A stretch of DNA of 63,876 nt, filler included, from Squatina squatina (GCA_031763465.1; 4 parts of 4 records of this genome joined end to end with filler, not necessarily neighbours in it); one strand, 5' to 3'; shown: positions 12,961 to 26,585, counted from the whole stretch's first letter. A program made the numbers and translations. The notes: generated by a model from the letters alone, not told the origin.

Positions 12961-14864
12961 CAAGGTACATGATTAACAGACTGGTACATGGTTAACTTAC
13001 AAGTTAAAGGTAAGCTACTTGTGCATTTTTAATAGATACAAAAATAAGCACCATTTTAAGGAACTTCTGTTACTTAGAATGGGGTGCTGAAAAACCATGG
13101 TATGCAGCCATGACTGAATGGTTGGGGAGGTTTGGAGTTATGTAGAATAGAGAACGAAAAATAAACTTTTTTGAGGGGATAACCCAATCTGCCAGCTTTC
13201 TCACCATTTCCCAACTGTCTCCAGAAACACATCTAGTTTTCCTTTTGAACCCATTTATTTTGTCTGCTTTAAAGGCCTATCTTTATAATTCATTCCCGAA
13301 GTCTATTACATTTTGGATGAAAAGGTCCACCTAACTTCCTTTCCCACTCCTAATCTTGAACATGTGTTTCCCAGTACTTGAACTCTTCACGAGAGTTGAA
13401 AACCTGCCGAGATCAACTTTCTAAATCCCCTTCAAAATGTTGATAATTTAATTGAAGCCACCCTGATTTTCAACACAAATAACCCAATCTCAACCTTCTT
13501 AACAACTTGAATTCTTATTAGCTGGAACTATGTTAGTTATTTGTGAACTTTTTGGAAAATAAACTAATCTGCATACAATTGCTAACATTGTAGCGTGAGC
13601 ATGTAGCTAAAATCCTAACAATACTGCTGTAAGCTTTGTAACTCTCCTGATATACAAAGCTATTGGTTCTTTTGGTAATATTAATCATCTTTAGGCACAG
13701 TGACATAATCTTCTATTATTCAGCCAATTTGAACTCATTTTCTACATTCAATTTGGAACCTGCCACTAACAACATACACTTTTGTTCATTATTGCTATAT
13801 TAGATTTTCTTACTCCATAATTATTCTTCATTAGCTGATAATATATTGTACCATTATTGAGCAACAAAATAATATTTTGACTATTCACTGTTAAATACCA
13901 TGAATGAATGCTTTTTGAATAAACTTCATAATTAATCAAGATAAGTTGGTCTCATTATCTTGCTTTGATTTTCCATCTTTGCTGCTCACACTTACAAATC
14001 CAAAGGGTGTCCTTGTTCTGCTCCAAACTCCATTAAGTTATTTCTTTATTGAGCAACTGTCCTGTTTGTATTCATTGAACAATATAAAAACCATGAACTA
14101 CAATTTGAATAACACTCTATCAACTCTGCAGTAGTTTGTATTATATATTCATGTAAGTTATTTTGAGCTATTTTGGGATGCCATATAATTTTATAGCCAG
14201 TTTCATTGAAAACTTGATAGATGAATATTTTGGTAATTGAAGAATAGTTTGAAATTTATTCCTGTACTTCTATATTTTTAGATGTAAATAGCTTTTTCCT
14301 AACAATGAACTTCAAGACTTGAGTTACAAAAGCAAAATACTGCGGATGCTGGAATCTGAAATAAAACTTGAGTTATGGTGAACAATGTATATCATCGCGA
14401 AGCAGCATTTCAATGTTGGCATCCAAAATGCAGGAGCTCTGTGCCCTACATCAGTCCACTCCCACATTTTGACCCTTACAAACGTCTTTGCTGCATCAAC
14501 AATAGGAAAAACAATAACTTGCATTTACATTGTGCCTTGAACACAGAAAAAATGTCCCAAAATGCTTCACAGAGGCATACAAAAATGGATACCAAACTAA
14601 AGCCGGAGATATGAGGTGTGACCTTAGACTTGGTCAAAGAGCTGGGGCGGCCAATTCAGCCGTTAACGCCCGCGCTGATATAGCGCAAATCGGGCGTTGA
14701 CGGCNNNNNNNNNNNNNNNNNNNNNNNNNNNNNNNNNNNNNNNNNNNNNNNNNNNNNNNNNNNNNNNNNNNNNNNNNNNNNNNNNNNNNNNNNNNNNNNN
14801 NNNNATGGAGGAGTCTGGGACTTTGGCTAATGATTGAGACAAAATGCAAAAACATTTATGCAGT

Positions 14865-15180
14865 TACAACAACAAAAACTTGCATTCATATAGCACCTTT
14901 AACATAGTAAAATGTCCAAATGTTTCACAGGAGTGTTAATCAAACAAAATTTGACAGCAAGCCACATAAGGAGATAGAGGACAGATAACCAAAAGCTTGA
15001 TCGAAGAGATAGTTTTTAATGAGCTTCTTAAACGAGGAGAGAGAAGTAGAGGGGCAGTTTATGGAGGGTGGAATGTGGGAGGCCAGCCAGGAGAGCATTG
15101 GAATAATCAAGTCTAGAGATAACAAAGGCATGACTGAGGGTTTCATCAGCAGATGAGCTGAGGCAGGAACTATTGCCGAC
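14865..15180 (-). mobile_element. L2 LINE 3' fragment
   Basis: HAFVISRLDYSNALLAGLP and SLSSFKKLIKNYLFDQAF (L2 ORF2 C-terminus) plus a (TTG)n-type tail. Related pieces at 14505-14642, 24809-24992, 25612-25720 and 47600-47740. Confidence 0.85.
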
Positions 15181-16748
15181 ATACCTTATTAAGATCGTTG
15201 ATGAGCAGATTTGACACCAGATTAAGTTGTTAGTATATAGTATCATTGTCAATTAGAATGTAGGTGCCCCAAACCAAACCTTTGCACGGGCTCCCCACAA
15301 GCTAAATGCTGCCCCTGTTGTCCTTAGCCGTAGAATACTGAAGCCAATTGTAGAGTTTTTACCAACTGTCTTTCAGAGTAGCTAACTAAATACAGCCCAG
15401 GGTTGGAATTTTCTATGTGAAAGGGAATACATTAGGAGAATGTAAAGAAAATGACAAAGGTAGGTCAGCTTCCTTTCCTAAAATGACAAAGAAAAGCAAG
15501 CTCTCCCTTTACTGTTGTGTGCGCGGCACATTAAACTCAACATAATTGATTCATTTCAGTTCACATTCAAAAGGATTTCAGTGGAATATGCATTCCATTA
15601 GGAGTTTCAGTGTAGTAAATTAACTGTGCATGAATTCATCTGCTTTTTACTTTAATACCATAAAATTCTTCAATGCAAAGTAGCCCAATTAAATATCTGC
15701 GGCTTTATTTGTGGTGATTTTTATTCTTTGAACCCCGTACCAAACCTTTTCAAATTGCAGTTGGATGAAATGTGCACTTATCTCTGCTTAACAGTGCAAT
15801 TATTGCAGTAATTAAAGTAGACATGGAAATATCAAATGTGCAGCAGTATGGCTGCATTCCTAATCAGGAAATTACAATGCATATTAGATCAATGNNNNNN
15901 NNNNNNNNNNNNNNNNNNNNNNNNNNNNNNNNNNNNNNNNNNNNNNNNNNNNNNNNNNNNNNNNNNNNNNNNNNNNNNNNNNNNNNNNNNNNNNGTATAA
16001 TGGCCACTGTGACTGTGCCAGAGCATGACTGGCACTCATGGAACTGTTTCAACAGACCCCAAAACAGCAATTTCTTTCAATAGGAGACATGATGTTGCTT
16101 TGGGTGAGGCTGACTACCAAACATTTTAAGAAAAGATCACCGCAGATAGGGAGATTTATTTCTTTAAAAAATTTAATGTTCCTCAGTTCTATATTAAAGC
16201 AATTTGTTTGCATCCTCAATAGTTTTTAAACATTTTTCTTCAATCTTTTTATTCCTTGTTGAAGTAAATAGAAGCTTGCCACCTGTACTAATTGTCTTGA
16301 TTATTTAAAGCAGTTCTTCTAATGGTGTACATGTTAACAAACTCATCAGTTAGGTGTTCTCTTATTTCTTAAAACGGGAATCATTAGCATTTTAAGGAAG
16401 CAATAATAATCAATCAGCTACGGAGGAACCAAGTGTCACTCTTGTTACTGCACATCCCGCTAACAGTATTCTCAAGCGGCACATAATGAATGATAAACAG
16501 TCTTCAATAAACTCTGCCTAATAAGCTTACAGAGTGATGAGAGCTAACTACTCATTACAGTTCGCTCTTTACTCATTTTCTCTTTCCCTTAAACATTATC
16601 TTCCTGACTCCTGGGTTGTGTTATATCCAGCTGTCTTGGCCACGATCGNNNNNNNNNNNNNNNNNNNNNNNNNNNNNNNNNNNNNNNNNNNNNNNNNNNN
16701 NNNNNNNNNNNNNNNNNNNNNNNNNNNNNNNNNNNNNNNNNNNNNNNN

Positions 16749-17280
16749 TCTGTACAACTGAAATGTAATTTCCTCACCTTTGTATTCCAGCCCCTTTAAG
16801 ATAAAGGCCAACATCCCATTAGCCTCTTTGATTTTGTGCCTATGCACTAGCTTTTAGTGATTTGTGTACATGGGCACCTAAATTCCTTTGCTCCTCCACA
16901 ACTCCTAGTTTCTGACCATTTAAGAAAATATTCAGATCCAAAGTGGATGACCTCACACTTCCTCACGTTGAACTCCATCTGCCATAGTTTTGTCCATTCA
17001 TTTAGTCTATCTAAAGATCCCTTTTTAACTTTCTGCTCCCATCCACACAACTTCCTGCATCTTCTAACTTGGTGTCAACTGCAAACTTGGATATACAACC
17101 CTCTATCCCTTCAGTCAAGTCATGAATATAAATAGAGTAAAGCTGAGGCCCCAGTATAGATCTCCAGGGAATACCACTTCTCACATCCCACTAATCAGAG
17201 AAAAAACAGTTTATCCCTACTCTCTGTCGATTACCTCCCAACTACTTACTGACCCTGTCACAAGATTATCTCCAATGCAG
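16749..17280 (-). mobile_element. CR1 LINE RT fragment
   Basis: LDRLNEWTKLWQMEFNVRKCEVIHFG and IKEANGMLAFI.KGLEYK. Confidence 0.9.
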
Positions 17281-18239
17281 CCCTGAATCCATCTAAAGTA
17301 AAGATTTAACAGTTGTTTTGGAGCAGCCAAAAGAATTTTACTGAATCACANNNNNNNNNNNNNNNNNNNNNNNNNNNNNNNNNNNNNNNNNNNNNNNNNN
17401 NNNNNNNNNNNNNNNNNNNNNNNNNNNNNNNNNNNNNNNNNNNNNNNNNNCTAGATACTGCGTATGTCACACATCCCCCAGATCTAAAAAAAATTTTTTC
17501 AATCTAACACGTATTAGCATAATCAATTTTACTGGAATGATGGAGAACAGGGGTGAAATTAGATTTTAAAGGTCATCTGACTTCCTCTGTAATTCTCCGG
17601 GGCTATTTCAAACAATTAATTTCTATGTGAGCTGGTGAAAAATCACACCTTCATTTTTCTTGATGTTTATTAACATTCGGAGGCTTCAAGTATGATCACT
17701 GCCAATAGAAAAGGATGCCCTTCAAGTGTGAAAATATATGAAGATTAAAGATTTATTTTACCCTATCCAGAAAATTCTTTTACAAAAGCAGTAACCTTCC
17801 GTTACACTGTAATCTATTACTACCAAAGGCAGACAATAATGTAGATATATTAGCAGTGGATCTCCTGTAACATTGCTCACAGTGAAAAAGGGAAAAAGAA
17901 AAATAGAGGACAGATTGAAAATTGCGACTGTTATAAAAACGTTACTTTTTTCTCTTCTTTTTTTTACCTTGTCTCTTAACTTCTGTTCCCAATGTTTTGT
18001 GGTTGCCTTTCATTTCAGTAGCTATATTTATTTTCTTTTGCCATATATTTTTCTCTGAAACTTAGTGGAGACATGAGTAGAAACCAACACTCTAAGGCTC
18101 GAAGCAGCAAGAAGAGCCATAGTGGGCACTCAGTGGTGACAGGCACAGGGATCAGCACTCAGTGGGAGAGAGCATCAGAAGCCCAGAATTCAGTGGGGGA
18201 AAAGAGCAGGAGAGGCACTAAGTGAATATAAATTCACTT

Positions 18240-18680
18240 TGTAACTTTCAACTTCAGTAAGGGCAGAAAACTAGCAGTATCAAAAAGGAAAATCAGGGGG
18301 GTGCATAACAAGTGGTTTAAAATTCTATGGAGAGTGGATGTGTGCCAGGATACTGGACAGTGGCCAATGTAATACCCATTTTCAAAAAGAGAGACAGAGC
18401 TAAACAGGCAATCACAGGCAAGATAGTTTAACATCTGTGGTAGGGAAAAGTTTGGAACCTTTATTTAAAAACGAAATTAGTAAATATCTAGATGAAGAGA
18501 AATAATTAGAAGAAGTCAGCATGGATTTCAGAAAAGTAAATTATGTTTAGCAAACCTGAGAAAGCTTGTTGAGAAGGTGACAGATATGGTGGATGGTGAA
18601 ATGGAGTATGTGTGGACTTTCAGAAAGCCTTTGACAAGGTATTGGAGATCTTTGGAGAAGATTAAGAGTTATAGCCTCCA
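18240..18680 (+). mobile_element. decayed CR1 LINE RT N-terminal fragment
   Basis: WTVANVIPIFKK, SLTSVVGK, SQHGFQK and DFQKAFDKV motifs. Confidence 0.85.
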
Positions 18681-19619
18681 CCACTTATAGTGGCTGTATT
18701 CATGCAAATGCGATGTATAACGTGATGGTGCTATATAACAAGAATGCTGCTGAACAAACCTCCTTACTGCCGGATCCTAGACCTGACCAAGGACCCAGAG
18801 CCCCGCAGCACCAACCTCACCCTGGCTGCACTCAGCAGGAAACTGGAGGAGCAAAGATGCAGGACCTGTCATTCTGAAACAAACTATTAACCAGCTACAG
18901 CATCTCAGTAAGGCCCAGAGAGGANNNNNNNNNNNNNNNNNNNNNNNNNNNNNNNNNNNNNNNNNNNNNNNNNNNNNNNNNNNNNNNNNNNNNNNNNNNN
19001 NNNNNNNNNNNNNNNNNNNNNNNNGATTCCAGCATCCGCAGTATTTCGCTTTTGTATTAACATTTATTGAATATCTTCTATTTTCTGTGATTAAGGCAGT
19101 TTTTTATTCAAAAGTGTGCACTTAGTGTTGATTCTATCCAGAAAATTTGGTAAGAATTTTTCTCACGTCTGGCTGCTCTGGAGAAACTGATTCAAATTTC
19201 AAATTCTGTAGCAGCTACCGCATTATAATAATATTTTGAATGCCATCTCATAATTCATTTGAAATTTACTAAACCCTTGTCACTAATCCCATGAGCCTGC
19301 CTGCAGCATACACTGGCCCATCTGTTGAACTTATTCTGCAGTGCCTGATAATCTTATTCCAATGCAAAGCACTTCTCGTAATATGGTAGCAGTTGATATG
19401 CCAAGCAAGTACCTCACTATGAATACATGCTACTGCAAAATGTACTTTCCAGGTTTATAAAGTGTTATTTTTTGTACTTTACTTTCTTGATGATATTGCT
19501 TCATAAGTGGTGTAAAAGTATCGTATTATAGGCCAATTAGCTATGCAGTTTGCACCAACCTGAAATGTTTTAACTTTACATCTATACAAACAGTGAGGTG
19601 TAATCTGGGTATTAGGGTT

Positions 19620-19895
19620 TTCAGGCCCAATTTAGTGAAATGGTGAGAGACACCTCCAAGTAGCGCCGGAAGCGGCGAACAGCGGTGCTACCTGGGCACT
19701 AAAGCAGCGTGACCCAAAATATTTTACTTTTGCGCAATTGGCCCTGGCACCTCGGCGGCATTAAGGCCTCCTCGCTGAGGACGGCATTGGCGCCGGGGTA
19801 AGGCTTGCGACGTCATCAAGTCGCAAGCTGACCACACAATGCTGGCCCGCAATCCCCCACTGTATCGATGGCGATCCGCCTCTGGGATTGGAGCG
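19620..19895. mobile_element. GC-rich TIR element arm at scaffold end
   Basis: CpG-rich arm starting GGCCCAATTT, similar in style to 7660-8058 and 36890-37496. Confidence 0.45.
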
Positions 19896-19995
19896 NNNNN
19901 NNNNNNNNNNNNNNNNNNNNNNNNNNNNNNNNNNNNNNNTTAATTAATTAANNNNNNNNNNNNNNNNNNNNNNNNNNNNNNNNNNNNNNNNNNNN
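19896..19995. other. artificial scaffold spacer (44N-TTAATTAATTAA-44N)
   Basis: 12-mer at 19940-19951 centred exactly in a 100-nt gap; gives stops in all six frames. Confidence 0.95.
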
Positions 19996-20098
19996 TGCCA
20001 GTTTTGCCATCCACACTCCTGTTAGTGTTGGAAGGCAATCATTTTCAGCACACAAAGCTGTTCTGACACTCACTGTTCCATCAGTTTATTCTCAACAG

Positions 20099-21840
20099 TA
20101 TCATTGAAATTGATCCTTGGGGACTGATGGGTTGGCTCCCTGGAATGCGGGACATTTGAATCGACTGATTTGACTGAAAATGCAGCCAAGCAGGCTACCA
20201 TCTGGCAAGGGGGCCTACCTTAAAGAAGGCGAGTGCAGCCATACTCTTAGATTGCGGTCCATTGCATTCCCAATTTTAACAATGGAGGAGTAGTTTGGCG
20301 CTCGCTGTTGCACTTAAGCCAATGACTGGGGCCTGGACTTCACTTGGCAAATGCCCACAGTAGCAAGGTTGACACCAGCCAACTCACTGCATGGAGAACC
20401 ATAGCTACAGACTGGTCTTTTGCCACTTGGCCCTTGTCAAAAAGTTACCAAATAACACATTTCTACGGCAGAGTATTTTCACAGTTAACGAGCTACATCT
20501 TATGACAGACAAATGGAAATTGCATTTAAATTTTATAAATGAAGGAACCCATTTTTATGTCTGAATTTTAAAAGCTTACTATTTGATGAAGGGTTCACTT
20601 AAGTGCATTCCTCCTGAGTAATGCTGTTTTTTATTGCCTTTCTCCAGGGTCTGGACCATCTCTAATTCTGGAAAAGGATTGTGCCACCGAGCAGGACATC
20701 TGATTTTTAAAATAAATATATATGTGTATATAAGTACGGAGATACGGGAAGCGATCAATAAGACTCCAAACTCAGTCCTTGTGCGACTGTTTTAGCTTTG
20801 GCAAAACACACAAAAGTGGTAATGTGGAGAAAAACACCAAATCTGATGCATCTTCCCACGACTCAGTTCGTGCTTCTTGTCTTGTGATTTTGAGACCAAG
20901 TTCTGCTGTTATTTAAAACCCTGCTGCCCTTCGTCGCAAGGCAACAATACTACTGTTGTCAAGGAACGTCAGGAATAAACTTCGATCTGTAGTCTGAGGG
21001 ATTTTTGAGCCTTCCGCACGCTCAGGGTTATGGTTGCCTTAGTAAGTCAGCAATATGAAATATAAGAGAAAACAGAGAGGGGTTGGGGAAGATGNNNNNN
21101 NNNNNNNNNNNNNNNNNNNNNNNNNNNNNNNNNNNNNNNNNNNNNNNNNNNNNNNNNNNNNNNNNNNNNNNNNNNNNNNNNNNCCTATTATGGCTGTGAC
21201 TGAATGTTCTTCACTGTGCTGTAACAAGAGAAGCAGATTGGCTATACCAGGCGCTCATGGAAGCTCTGGGACAAGTAGAGTGATAATACAACAGTTGAGT
21301 CTATGTTTTGTACATCCACGTTGAAAGGCACCAAGGTAGAGTTTTATGTACACAATAATGCCTTTACTGCCTGACCGATCCATGCAAAGTAACAATTTTG
21401 TTGGGTACTTAAGGCACTATTTTACTTTTGTAGCACTTAAAAGATTTGTCTGAAATTTCTTGTACAGAATGATGAAATGGTCAAGTGTTCTCCGTCATTA
21501 CCATTTTTTCTAACGTGTTTAAAGGCTAGAAATTGTCTGTGTATATTCTGTATATGTATAGCGGCACATTTCATTTATGGAAATATGTTCTCAGAATATT
21601 TATTTACTAATATATTTATCTTAAGCCATGTCTTATGTGGAGAGTGTATGACATTATGAAATAATCATTGGAAAATCACTAACATGGGACCTTGTAAATA
21701 CATGATAATTGCACACAAAGATTAAATATTCTCTGACCAAAAACTGATTTTAAATTTTAGTACTATACAGTTTTGTAACAAAAAATGTACAAATGTCTGT
21801 GAAATATACAGTTTTATCAAGTAAAGCTTTACTGACGCTT
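20099..21840 (+). other. candidate terminal exon with long 3'UTR of an unidentified gene
   Basis: Branch-like CTGAC (~20063) and acceptor tttattctcaacAG (20097-20098). Short coding end, either (x)SLKLILGD* or IIEIDPWGLMGWLPGMRDI*. About 1.7 kb free of recognisable repeats, AT-rich, with TGTAAATA, ATTAAA (21721) and AGTAAA (21820) followed by a GT/T-rich stretch. Confidence 0.55.
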
Positions 21841-21975
21841 TCTTGTTGTGGCTTCACATCAAATCTTAATTGTTGGTTCTTTTGATGCTCGTTGTTCGTT
21901 TCCATGTTCTGAGGTCACAAAGGGGTACGGGTTCCTCTCTGTGTTTTTGTAGCTACATTGTCGATGTGTTGAAAT

Positions 21976-22410
21976 GTCAGCCCTGGCTCAGTTGGCAACA
22001 CTTTTTTGCCTCTGAGGCAGATGGTTCAGGTTCAAGTCCCACTCCAGAGACTAGAGCACAAAATCTAGGCCGACACTCCAGTGCAGGACGAAGGTGGGTT
22101 CCTGAGGCCATGAAAGGTGCTAAATAAATACAAATCTTTCCTTTCGGTCCATAGAGAATGCTCTTACAATTTTGATACAGATAGCAAAACAGAGAAAATC
22201 TTCTCTCCCTCCCAAGGTATCAGCATTGTCACACTGGAGGGACTCTCACCTCTGACGCTTCAGTGCAGCACTGAGGGAGTGCTGCATTGTCAGAGGTTCC
22301 GTCTTTCGGAAGAGGTATTAAACAGAGTCTGCCCTCTCAGGTAGATGGCAAAAGATCCTGTGGTGCTATTCGAAGAGAGTTCTCCCTGGTGTTCTGGCCA
22401 ATATTTATGT
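21976..22410 (+). mobile_element. SacSINE1-like fragments (internally deleted copy plus a core piece)
   Basis: TGGCTCAGTTGG...GGTTCAAGTCCCACTCCAG head, CAGTGCAGCACTGAGGGAGTGCTGCA core. Confidence 0.75.
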
Positions 22411-23339
22411 TTGGTGTGTATAAGAAAGGGGCCAGGTGGTCCTAAAACACAGAAGGCACGCTCCTCTTGCTGCTTTTCCTCTGCTTGTTGCTTTGGGGCA
22501 CCTCGCAGGAAACAAAGTGGTGAGCATCAGTAGATGAGCAGCACAATGGCCATGGAGAAGGAAGAACATATACATTTTGGTGAATCAAAATGAAACTCAG
22601 CATGACAGCATGGTGTGGGGTGGGTGGGGGGTGTAAGACATTCAACAACTAGGGCAGGGCAACACATCTCCTTTTCACCAGCACCTCAAGCCGATTCTGT
22701 GACCTGCATCATAGGCTGCTGGACAGCTCTCCAGGAATTGTAACTGGATTGGAAGATTTACAGGTTACACCAGGTGGCACTGCATTCTGATCCTAATTCA
22801 GTCAACTTTGCAAGGTCGGTATCACTTTCCAAGAATTCACTATGCATATAATAAATAAATGCCTACAACGGTTACACTGAGCTCTGGACCCTACCTGATA
22901 TATTGTTTTGATGCAAAGCTTCCATCATTCTCCTACATTGAACCCCAAGTTTGCTCCATTTTGGTTATTTCTAACCAAGTCTGGGAAGCATTTTTTTAAT
23001 GGCCTCAGCCTCCTTTTGTTAAATTGTGAAGATATTTTCTTCATATTGTTTCTCTACTTTTGATGGCTGTTTTTTTTTTAAATTTCAGAATGACTCACAG
23101 CCAAGGGGACAGATAACAGTCCCCTGGTAGGCTTCCACTATTGTAGCACAAGTATCAACATTGTTTGCCTTTAACTTGCTGAAAGTGGTGTTAACGGGGG
23201 GCAGTGATGGCCCCAAAATGGAGTCAGTAGNNNNNNNNNNNNNNNNNNNNNNNNNNNNNNNNNNNNNNNNNNNNNNNNNNNNNNNNNNNNNNNNNNNNNN
23301 NNNNNNNNNNNNNNNNNNNNNNNNNNNNNNCGAGAATTA

Positions 23340-23600
23340 ATTAAAAAAAAACTATTCAACTGTTGGGGCCTCTCTGCTAAGCAAAATCCTGCCCTCCTGC
23401 AACATCCGCTGAGTGACACTTTCCCAACAAGGACACAAGGATAGTGATCAGAAGCAGGAAACATGGCTGATTTTCCCTCTTTCCATAGCCCAGAGGCAAT
23501 AAGGCCAATTGTAGCACCCTTCCTAGGGCCATCCACGCTAGCGAGAATCAATTAACTAAACCTGTGATCTTCCTGGTCCGAATGGCTCACGCCCTCACAG
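23340..23600 (-). mobile_element. second SINE-like family (probably tRNA-derived)
   Basis: Shares AAACCTG.GA.CTT.CTGGTC and GAGGC.A..AGGCCAA motifs with 12090-12250. Confidence 0.45.
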
Positions 23601-24329
23601 GGTGGACTGCACATTTTCAGTTCTGAACCACACATTGTAAAATGGAAGAGAGTGTAATGATAAAACCATGGGGTTGGGGAAAGCAAAGACATTTTGTTAG
23701 CTATTTCCTTTTTTTTGGCAACATATTTAGAGATACTGGGCAATTTTGGAAAGAATTTTAATCTTACAGTAAGTGCATTCCAGCTCATTATCTGGGATAG
23801 CGAGCAGATGTAAGATCCCCAAGCAGCCAGTTCCCAGCAGCTGTTGTAAATCCCACAGCTGGTTAAAAAAAACTCCTTCAATGAACCAATTTCTGGAGGC
23901 TAAGGTTAACTTCTAATCACATGCAGCAAAGATTCAGGCAGTTTCACTTAACCATGGCCCCAGATCAGAGAACATTTGGACAAATTCAGTCACTAAATAT
24001 ATTTTCTGAGCTAAGACCAGCAACTTCTCTTATTAATAAAACTTACACTATTTATAAATCACGAGGAACAATTTTACTTAAAGAGGGAGGTCTGCCAGCC
24101 AAATTTGACATTACAATAAAAAACATCAAACAATCTGTTGGAGGGAAAGGTAAATCTTAGGAGTAAGTACTTTGTACAGTAAACATTTACTTCAGGATCT
24201 TTTCTCAGTGTTCAGTTATTCTTTATACAATTGTTTTTTTATACACATGAAGTAACAATACGCACGGAACTTTACCCCATTTACACAGCTTGTCTGAGTT
24301 CTGCATCATTCGTTCCCCTTTTGAGGCAC

Positions 24330-24505
24330 TCAATAGTAAGCCAGAGGCTCTAGGTTGGCACAAAGTAAAGGGGTGTTCTGGGGAATTGGAAGCTGTCTAA
24401 CGTTGACATTATTGTGATAACTGATTTGAGGCCCATCCAGCCGACTACTGTTTCCTCCCAGCCTTTGAAGAGTTCTCGTTAAAATATGTTCAATGGACAC
24501 ACCCT
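24330..24505 (-). CDS. candidate terminal coding exon of an uncharacterised small protein
   Basis: Acceptor ctacattctttacAG (24506-24507). Only phase 1 is open: (E)GVSIEHILTRTLQRLGGNSSRLDGPQISYHNNVNVRQLPIPQNTPLLCANLEPLAYY*. Phase-compatible with 28147-28284. Confidence 0.4.
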
Positions 24506-24555
24506 CTGTAAAGAATGTAGAATTCAACAAGAGCAACTTACACTTGTATAAGAGC

Positions 24556-24808
24556 ATAAGAAATAAGAGCAGGAGTAGGCCATATGGCCCCTTGAGCCTG
24601 CTCCACTATTCAATGAGATCATGGCTAATCTTCGACATCAACTGCACTTTCTCGCCCGATCCCATATCCCTTGATTCCCCAGAGCCCAAAAATCTATCTA
24701 GCTCAGCTTTGAATATAATCCACAGTTCAGCATACACAGCACTTTGTGGTAGAGAATTCCAAATATTTCCAACCCTCTGAGTGAAGAAATTCCTCCTCAT
24801 CTCAGTCT
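24556..24808 (-). mobile_element. CR1 3' end nested in an L2 tail
   Basis: KTEMRRNFFTQRVGNIWNSLPQ...FKAELDRFL. L2 tail sequence resumes on both sides, with TATA at both junctions. Confidence 0.85.
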
Positions 24809-26170
24809 TATATAGCACCTTTAACTTGGTAAAACATCCCATGGCCCCTTCACAGGAGCGTTATCAAACAAAATTTGACATGGAGCCACATAAGGAGATA
24901 AGGACATATTGGAACGGGTGATCAAGAGCTGGTTCAAAGTGATAGGTTTTGAGAAGCATTTTAAAGGAGGAGAGAGATGCGGGGAGGTTTAGGCCAACAA
25001 TTAAACGTTCTGTTCAACTGACGTTGAAAATGCATCACGGATGAGTGAATTCCATCTGCCGCTCCTCCCTGTGGCATTTGTCATTGGGGGGCTGGTTTCT
25101 GTAATACTGTGGGCTCGACTGTGTAACGCAGACCCGATTACTGGAGAGTGCAAATTGTGGGGGCAGGTTCCCTACATTCATTTTGCTGGAACAGGAAGGT
25201 CCATGATGGAGTCAGTTCCAGAGAGTTTGTGTTGTTTATACTGAGGAGCCAATGGAGGAAGATTAGAATGCCTGCCATCAGCTACACTTTAACATAAGAA
25301 GGCCCACAGAATCTGTTAAATACATTTCTCTTTAGATATAGCGAGTGTTGTGGAAGTGTTCAGGGCAAAGGCACATTGTTTTTCACTCATGGCAGTCAGA
25401 GTGCCATCCTCTGTTGTACGAGCTTGCCATGTACAATGTGCCTTCTGTGATGGCGGATGGCGCACAAGTTCCCATGAGAGCGGAACAGGCTGCATTCTTC
25501 CCAGAAATACANNNNNNNNNNNNNNNNNNNNNNNNNNNNNNNNNNNNNNNNNNNNNNNNNNNNNNNNNNNNNNNNNNNNNNNNNNNNNNNNNNNNNNNNN
25601 NNNNNNNNNNNGGCAGCCAAGTTTTGGATGATCTTACGTTTATGGAGGGTGGAAGATGGGTGGCCGGCCAGCAGTAACATTGAGATAATTAAGTCTAGAT
25701 GTAACAAAGGCAGGGATGGGGGGGTCACACATGGCAAGATACCAAAGTAGAGGCCAGAACCTGTGGGACAGTACCCCAGCAGGAGTCATTGGGGTAAATT
25801 TTAACCTGTGGTGCAGCTGGAAAACAGACAGTAGTGGACAGGCCAACCGTTATCCACTCTGCGCAATTTTCCTTTTCATTGCTTTTGTGGATCAGCCTCC
25901 CATTTTCCAGCATTGCCAAAAGTTAAAATCTACATCAGATCCTTCAAAAGAGCAGGGGAGCAAACTGGGGGAAGGGAAATAGAATGCAAGGCTCTCCATT
26001 GTTCAACTTCTAGAGAGACAGCATTGCTGCACAGTGCTGAGGTCTTCTGGGTTGAATTTGTACAGTGGGAAATTAGTAATGGAACCGTTAACACATTGGT
26101 ATGAAATTCCTCTCCTCACTATTTTATTAAAGATATTAGCCCATTTAAAATTAACTTGATTAATATCAAA

Positions 26171-26585
26171 GTCAGCTTGGTGCAGTTGGTAGTGCTCTTA
26201 CCCAAGTCAAAAGCCCATGGGTTCAAGGCCCACTCCGAAATTTGAGCATATCATCTGGGCTGACACTTGTGTTATTGCTGGGGGAGTGCTGCACTGTCGA
26301 AGGCACCGTCTTTCAGATGAGACATTAAAGCGAGGCCATGTTTGCCTGCACAGGTTGGACATAAAAGATCTCATGGTAGTGTTTGAAGAAGAGCAGAAAA
26401 TTCTCCCAGTGTCCAAGCTCAAATGTATCCCTCAACCAGCACCAGCAAAAAATTAGATTAGCTGGTCATTTATCTCATTTGCCTACATAACAACAGTGCG
26501 TGCACTTTAAAAATAATCCAAAAAGTCATGTACTTTGGGACATCCTGAGGATGAAATAAGGTGTTATACAAATGCAAGTTCTTTC
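26171..26585 (+). mobile_element. SacSINE1-like SINE
   Basis: Head, Deu core and tail homologous to 58255-58708. Confidence 0.8.

Noticed and set aside
19940-19951. TTAATTAATTAA as a piggyBac target or homeodomain site
   Set aside because: It is centred identically in three 100-nt N gaps, so it is an assembly linker.
21976-22060. tRNA genes at A/B-box-like sequences (also 870-938, 26171, 58255)
   Set aside because: They continue into SINE bodies and do not form a full cloverleaf.
24440-24500. BH3 motif in TLQRLGGN
   Set aside because: Lacks the invariant Asp of LxxxGD.
25021-25511. Possible coding relic in unique-looking sequence
   Set aside because: No frame I translated gave a recognisable motif or a consistent splice-site pair.
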